38,224 bases of DNA from a virus (Duplodnaviria; Heunggongvirae; Uroviricota; Caudoviricetes): IMG/VR virus record IMGVR_UViG_2541047899_000010, positions 1 through 38,224 of that record; one strand, written 5' to 3'. The notes beneath the pieces are model-generated. The model saw only the letters and a list, made by a program, of their open reading frames with translations, had not been told where the DNA came from and made no database searches. Below are positions 32,992 through 38,224 of the stretch, in pieces. Each line of letters begins with the position of its first letter. Position 1 is the first letter of the stretch. The position numbers were made by a program, and so were the translations under genes.

Positions 32992-34175
32992 CAGGCACCT
33001 CCCAGCACCGCAAATGCGGGACCAAAGAATTCATCAGTAAACGACTGGTAAAGCTCCATGTCTTCCAGCGGAGGAACGGGCGTATATTTGTAGCGAATAC
33101 GCACACGCCCCTGACGTAAATTCGTGGTGCTGTTATCCACGATGTCATACCAGCACTCCGCGCCAATCAGTTTCCCGGCAGTAACCAGTGAATCCAGTTT
33201 TGCCCTGATGGCACTGATAACATCCTTCACGTTCGCAGGCGTCAGTGGACTGTCGATGGTTTCAAACTGCGCTTCCGCAATTGAATCAGCCAGCACCTGT
33301 GCGGTTCGGGTATACACCTCAAAGATGTAGGCGTTCGTTTCCGGTGTGCGGTTGCCCCAGAAGCGGAACCCGTTGCGACGAATAATGGTCGTGATTTCTT
33401 TGTTGTTGAGGCTGTTGGCATCGCTGTCTTCGGCCTGCAACGACCAGAACACATGCCTGGACATCCCCAGCACATTTTTAACCGGAACGTTGGACAGTGA
33501 TTTGTGCCATCCCTGCTCATGGTCAATGTACGCACGAAGGCCGCACGCATAGGCAGGCGCGGGGAACGTTTCGTTTTTGCCACTTTTCGGGTTGTAGGCG
33601 ATGAAGTCCGGCCATAAGAGCATCACCTCACGTTCATTGAATTTCTGGCGGTAGGTAATCGCCTCAGCCATCGTGTTACAGCCGTGACATGAGGCATACA
33701 CAAACGCGCGCAGTTTACCCGCAATCACGCACAGGGATTTTGTTACCGCCTCCGTGTCCAGCTCCGGCGCGGCCAGAATACGCGGACGGTATCCGATGCT
33801 TTCATCCTGCTCTGCAACAAGCAGCGCATACATCCCCGTATAGCTGCCGTCAGATTCAGAACCACCGATAACCAGTTGATCCTGCGTTTTTCCGTCTTCT
33901 TCTTTGTGTTCAGCCACGCGAACGACGATCACCTTTGTGCTCACCTGGTCTGCGATGGCCTTAAGCGCACGATAAAGCGTCCCCGTTGTTCCGCATTTTC
34001 CCAGCACGTCATTGACGCGGGTCAGCAGTGTGGGCTTGTTCAGCGGGAACAGCTCCGCGTCCGCAGCATCCGCCGTTGCCACGATACCGATAACACTGGA
34101 ATCAACATCATTAATCGCTGTTACCAGGTCGGTACTTTCCGTAACACGGGCACCATGAAAACGAGTTTCACTCAT
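32991..34175 (-). CDS. FI: Contractile tail sheath protein FI
   Basis: 394 aa (P2 FI is about 396); sheath-like sequence (...FRFWGNRTPETNAYIFEVYTRTAQ...). Confidence 0.9.
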   Translation of the reverse strand: MSETRFHGARVTESTDLVTAINDVDSSVIGIVATADAADAELFPLNKPTLLTRVNDVLGKCGTTGTLYRALKAIADQVSTKVIVVRVAEHKEEDGKTQDQLVIGGSESDGSYTGMYALLVAEQDESIGYRPRILAAPELDTEAVTKSLCVIAGKLRAFVYASCHGCNTMAEAITYRQKFNEREVMLLWPDFIAYNPKSGKNETFPAPAYACGLRAYIDHEQGWHKSLSNVPVKNVLGMSRHVFWSLQAEDSDANSLNNKEITTIIRRNGFRFWGNRTPETNAYIFEVYTRTAQVLADSIAEAQFETIDSPLTPANVKDVISAIRAKLDSLVTAGKLIGAECWYDIVDNSTTNLRQGRVRIRYKYTPVPPLEDMELYQSFTDEFFGPAFAVLGGA

Positions 34176-34332
34176 AGCTTCAGCCCCTTGTATCCGTTAA
34201 ATGATTCGGCAACAATCATCACCCACCACGCGCGTAATCTCACCCCTGCGCCGTTCTCCCGACCCGGCGACAACAAAAAGCAGTAACCCCCTCCGCACGC
34301 ACATGCGACCATGCCGCACAGGGAGGGAACAG

Positions 34333-35442
34333 ATGACCGATACCACCATGCAATTGCTCAGTCAGGGCACAGACCCCGTGAAAATGCCGGATTTTGATAT
34401 TCTCGCGGAGGGTAAAACGCTGTCAGGCGTGGCAGAGCGCCTGATGAGCCTGTCACTGACCGACAACCGGGGATTTGAGGCGGACCAGCTCACCATCACG
34501 CTGGATGATGCGGATGGTCAGTTGCAGCTACCGCCACGGGGCGCGCGCCTGACGGTTCTCATTGGCTGGAAAGGAGAACCGCTGACAGAAAAAGGCACTT
34601 ACATTGTTGATGAAATCGCTCACGAAGGACCGCCGGACAGGCTGACTGTTTCAGCCAGAAGCGCAGATTTTCGGGATGAATTTAACGTTAAACGTGAGGT
34701 GTCCTGGCATGATGTGACCGTTGAGCGTGTGGTATCCGCCATCGCTCATCGGTATGGTCTGAAACCGCAAATCAGCGAAATGCTGATGGATATCGAAATC
34801 GACCACGCCGACCAGACCGAAGAAAGCGACATGTCCTTTCTTACGCGCATGGCGGAAATGCTGGGCGCAATCACCACGGTAAAAAGCGGTAATCTGTTAT
34901 TCATTATGCCAGGCGGTGGCGTGAACGCACAGGGCCAGCCGTTGCCATCGTTCGCCATTACACGCAGCAGCGGCGATCGCCATCAGTTCCGCATTGCTGA
35001 CCGCGAGGCGTATACGGGTGTACGCGCCTACTGGCTTGATCTTAATTACGGGAAAAAGAAAAAAGTCAGCGTGAAACGCCGCAAACCGCCAAAACCCAAA
35101 AAGGAGAAAAGCAGTAGCCGTGAAGGTGATTATATGGAAGGCGCGGAAGGCAATGTGTTTGTGTTACGCAAGACTTATCAGAACGAGCAGGCAGCAAGAC
35201 GCGCAGCGGCGGCAAAGTGGCAGCAGCTACAACGCGGAGCCGCATCATTCTCCATCATGCTGGCACGTGGACGCGCAGAACTCTACCCCGAAATGCATGG
35301 CACGGTAACAGGATTTAAAAGCGAGATTGATAATCAGGACTGGATTATTGCGAAAGCCGAGCACACCATTGATAACAGCGGCTTTACCACGCAGCTTGAG
35401 CTTGAAGCAAAAATCCCGGAATGGATAGCAGAAACAGAGTGA
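34333..35442 (+). CDS. D: Tail protein D (P2 gpD-like)
   Basis: ATG at 34333 preceded by GGGAGGGAA; 369 aa; position before ogr. The upstream part of the long ORF from 34201 is unsupported. Confidence 0.8.
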   Translation: MTDTTMQLLSQGTDPVKMPDFDILAEGKTLSGVAERLMSLSLTDNRGFEADQLTITLDDADGQLQLPPRGARLTVLIGWKGEPLTEKGTYIVDEIAHEGPPDRLTVSARSADFRDEFNVKREVSWHDVTVERVVSAIAHRYGLKPQISEMLMDIEIDHADQTEESDMSFLTRMAEMLGAITTVKSGNLLFIMPGGGVNAQGQPLPSFAITRSSGDRHQFRIADREAYTGVRAYWLDLNYGKKKKVSVKRRKPPKPKKEKSSSREGDYMEGAEGNVFVLRKTYQNEQAARRAAAAKWQQLQRGAASFSIMLARGRAELYPEMHGTVTGFKSEIDNQDWIIAKAEHTIDNSGFTTQLELEAKIPEWIAETE

Positions 35443-35791
35443 GCAACTTGGATGCATTAGCTCAGACCAAAGCTGGCACGCTTACGACGCAGAACCAAAC
35501 CTAATCTGACAGTCCGCTTTGTACCAGAAGCAGACATTAATAACATTATTTGCAATAACCAATTGATATTGTTTTTATTGCGTGTTATTAAAGCATATCC
35601 ACTTGTGGTCATTACCAACTACTCGTCTATTTTTATTTGTGAACAAAATCAGATTTTAGCTAGAAACATTTTGTGAAAAAAATAGCGAAATTTTTGTAGG
35701 AAGTAAGTCAAGCAGATATAGCAGCAGATCGGAAGTTATTGGTCATGCGTTATTTACTCTAAGCAAAAAAACTTAGTACAGGAAAAAATAA

Positions 35792-37375
35792 ATGGCAAGT
35801 AAAGCTAACCTTGTTAATTTGGATGCGATGATTTCAAGAGAGGATTTCTCTGCTCAATCCGATAATGATTTATCTTTCGAATCTATACAAAATATAGCTA
35901 TGAGAGATATCGGAATGTTGTCTGGCCTACTCAGAAAACCAGATTTTCAGAGAGAAACAAATCACTGGACTCCAGAGCAAGTAGTTTCATTACTAAAGAG
36001 TTTTGTCACAGGTGATTTAATACCATCCGTGATTTTATGGAAGAGTTCTTTTGTGTTTGTTATAGACGGTGGTCATAGACTTAGTGTTTTAAGAGCATGG
36101 AAAGAAAATGACTATGGTGATGGCACTATATCGCAAAAATTCTTTGGAAATAGTATTTCCGGAGAGCAAAGAAAGATCGCACAAAAAACAAGAGAATTGG
36201 TTGACTCCACAGTTGGTAAATGGTCTGAGATAGAAAGAAAAATGCAGGATTCTAATAATGACCATGATGAGAGTAGAAGGCTTACAAATATTTACGTAAG
36301 GGCTTTGCAAGTCCAGTGGGTTAAAGGTGATTCCGATAAGGCAGAAACGTCTTTTTTCAATATAAATAAAAAAGGTACTCCTTTAGATGAGGTTGAGGAA
36401 ACTTTACTTAGGCATAGGAAGAAACCTATATCTATCGCTGCGAGAGCAATAATACGAGCAGGAAAAGGACATAGATACTGGTCCTCTTTCCCTGAGGATA
36501 AGACTAAAAAGATAGAAGAGCTTTCCTCAAATATAAACTCCTCTCTTTTCGATCCAGACGTTAAATCTCAAATTAAAACACTCGATCTACCTCTGGGTGG
36601 CTCACGCGGTGTGAGGTTAGCTCTTGATATCTTAATAGATCTTATGTCTATTTCCGTGTCCCAGAGCGAAAATTATCAAAAAGAATTGCTTAATCAAATC
36701 GAAGATTCAGATGGAAGCGAAACTGTTGTTGTTCTGGAAAAAACCGCAAAATTACTAAATTGGATTACTGGAAATGACAAGGGCAGCTTAGGATTACATC
36801 CGGCCGTGTATTTTTATAGTGCATCAGGCAGACATGTGAATCCTATGTTTTTAGGGACGACTCTGTTTATAGCGAAAAAATTAAAATTTAATGATAAGAA
36901 CTTCTTCAAAAAATTCACAAGTATTAGGTTTAATTTAGAGAAAACTCTAATAAACAATAAGTCTATGCTAGCATCGTTAGTGAACAGAGCAGGACATAAG
37001 AAAAGAACTGAGTATTACTCTAATTTATTTGAGTCAATGATTGATTTCCTTCTTGAGGTAAAAAAGAAAGACAAAAGCATGAGTGATTTCAGCCTTACAG
37101 AAAGTGAAATACTCCAGCTTGCTCACTTTGAAGGTAATATCCTATCTGGGACAAGTATCAGCAATGCAACTAAAATTAGTGAGGAAGCGAAGAATGCTGT
37201 ATTCATTGATACTGCATTAGCTTCAGCAATTACATGTCCTATCTGCCAGGGATATTTAGATCCTTCAAAATCTGTCTCATATGATCACATCAAAAGAGTT
37301 GCAGATGGTGGTAAAGGTTCGGCAAAAAATACTCAGTTAACTCACCCGTATTGCAATATGTCTGTCAAAAATTAG
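35792..37375 (+). CDS. GmrSD/DUF262-DUF1524-like protein: N-terminal ParB-like NTPase domain fused to C-terminal HNH nuclease (candidate type IV restriction or defence enzyme)
   Basis: 527 aa in an AT-rich island. N-terminal DUF262 hallmarks (PDFQRE...W then VIDGGHR, equivalent to the DGQQR motif). C-terminal His-Me finger (CPICQGY...DHIKRVADGG...NTQLTHPYCN). Confidence 0.7.
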   Translation: MASKANLVNLDAMISREDFSAQSDNDLSFESIQNIAMRDIGMLSGLLRKPDFQRETNHWTPEQVVSLLKSFVTGDLIPSVILWKSSFVFVIDGGHRLSVLRAWKENDYGDGTISQKFFGNSISGEQRKIAQKTRELVDSTVGKWSEIERKMQDSNNDHDESRRLTNIYVRALQVQWVKGDSDKAETSFFNINKKGTPLDEVEETLLRHRKKPISIAARAIIRAGKGHRYWSSFPEDKTKKIEELSSNINSSLFDPDVKSQIKTLDLPLGGSRGVRLALDILIDLMSISVSQSENYQKELLNQIEDSDGSETVVVLEKTAKLLNWITGNDKGSLGLHPAVYFYSASGRHVNPMFLGTTLFIAKKLKFNDKNFFKKFTSIRFNLEKTLINNKSMLASLVNRAGHKKRTEYYSNLFESMIDFLLEVKKKDKSMSDFSLTESEILQLAHFEGNILSGTSISNATKISEEAKNAVFIDTALASAITCPICQGYLDPSKSVSYDHIKRVADGGKGSAKNTQLTHPYCNMSVKN

Positions 37376-37405
37376 CAATGAGTTAACAATTTTATATCAG
37401 ATAAC

Positions 37406-37430
37406 AGCCTTCTATAATTGAAGGCTTTTC
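37406..37430 (+). terminator. Intrinsic terminator after the GmrSD-like gene
   Basis: agccttc-tataatt-gaaggct hairpin followed by tttc. Confidence 0.5.
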
Positions 37431-37632
37431 GTATGATGCTTTCTTCAATAGAAATGTTGAGTATGATGGAAGATCTCTAATAGTGAATGGTTCGGTTAGG
37501 CCAGATACCTACCACTCTACACAAAACTTTGTGTCCGATCCTCGCTCACAGCAGTCGCTCCCAAGGGTTTCAGTTGGAGTCTGAGCTAGTACAACTTAGA
37601 ATAGCGGCAGCACCACGTTAAGGGAGGTCGCT

Positions 37633-37893
37633 ATGTTCCGTTGTCCGCTTTGTGGCGCATCTGCCCGTATCCGCACCAGTCGTCCGGAAAATGATTCAAA
37701 CACCGTGCGGCAAAAGTATTACCAGTGTAACAATCTGGAATGCGGCGTATGCTTCTCAACACTGGAAGCTTTCCATAAATTCACATCAAAACACGCCTCC
37801 GGCGTTCACTCTTCAGAAGGTATCCCGTGGCATGAGCTGCCAGCTTCACACAGGGGAAACAATCAGATGAGCTTGCCTTTACCTCAGAATTAA
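37633..37893 (+). CDS. ogr: Ogr/Delta-family zinc-finger late-gene transcription activator
   Basis: MFRCPLCGASARIRTSR...YYQCNNLECGVCF recalled as matching P2 Ogr (MFHCPLCQHAAHARTSR...YHQCQNVNCSATF), with four Cys in the same spacing. GGGAGG upstream. Confidence 0.85.
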   Translation: MFRCPLCGASARIRTSRPENDSNTVRQKYYQCNNLECGVCFSTLEAFHKFTSKHASGVHSSEGIPWHELPASHRGNNQMSLPLPQN

Positions 37894-38083
37894 CAGGCAG
37901 AATTGCCGGAGCAACAAAAAAGCGATAGATTACGCGCGGGTGCCTTTCGGCTGATGGTCGGAGGGAATACCCGAAGGTCAGATGTGGAAAGGCCCCGGAA
38001 AACACTTTTGTTTAACCGAGGCCCTAACCGTCTACCCTAAGCAAGTGATAGGTTAGCGCCTCCCCGAAAAAGGAGCAAGCGCT

Positions 38084-38224
38084 ATGTCGCAAAAATCGCT
38101 TACGGCCATCACGTTCTGCGTGACGGCAATCCTCATCATCTGGATGCTGCACGGTTCGCTGTGCGAAATACGGATGAGCTTCTGGGGAGCGGAGTTTGCG
38201 GCGTTCTTACAGTGTAAGCAGTAA
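38084..38224 (+). CDS. hok: Hok/Gef-family type I toxin (small membrane peptide)
   Basis: 46 aa, not in the ORF track (below cutoff). TM helix then SLCEIR...EFAAFL, the Hok/Gef signature (compare R1 Hok ...SLCEIRYRDGHREVAAF...). AGGAG 7 nt upstream. The stop is the last codon of the window. Confidence 0.6.
   Translation: MSQKSLTAITFCVTAILIIWMLHGSLCEIRMSFWGAEFAAFLQCKQ

Noticed and set aside
1-38224. CRISPR arrays, rRNA, tRNA, IS elements or transposase genes
   Set aside because: No regularly spaced short direct repeats, no rRNA or tRNA-like sequence, and no transposase-like ORFs or terminal inverted repeats were seen. The only mobile-DNA machinery is the prophage integrase and the invertase.

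Overview
The window is almost entirely a P2-like (Peduovirus-type) temperate prophage in canonical P2 gene order. Calls rest on reading the six-frame translations, motif recognition and recalled similarity to P2 proteins; no database search was run. Left to right: a two-gene cargo cassette and tyrosine integrase, P2 C-type repressor and divergent cox-like gene, a block of small early genes interrupted by a 320-bp structured non-coding region, and the gpA rolling-circle initiator. Between gene A and the portal gene (the position of P2 old/tin) sits cargo: an R1-type ParM/ParR partition module with upstream hairpin repeats, and an AT-rich convergent operon encoding an ABC-type ATPase plus a small Toprim-like protein, which I consider the best candidate for a new or poorly described anti-phage system (a split OLD/PARIS/AbiL-like module). 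Then follow Q, P | O, N, M, L, X, holin, M15-peptidase endolysin, LysB/LysC, R, S, V, W, J, I, H, G. The tail fibre has a Mu G-segment-like invertible C-terminal cassette with 26-bp gix/hix-like crossover sites and a Gin/Hin-family invertase. The sheath-tube-E/E'-tape measure-U block is on the opposite strand to H/G and D/ogr, unlike the P2 FETUD operon. An AT-rich GmrSD-like DUF262+HNH gene lies between D and ogr, and a Hok/Gef-like toxin ORF sits at the right edge. No tRNA, CRISPR array or att repeats were found.
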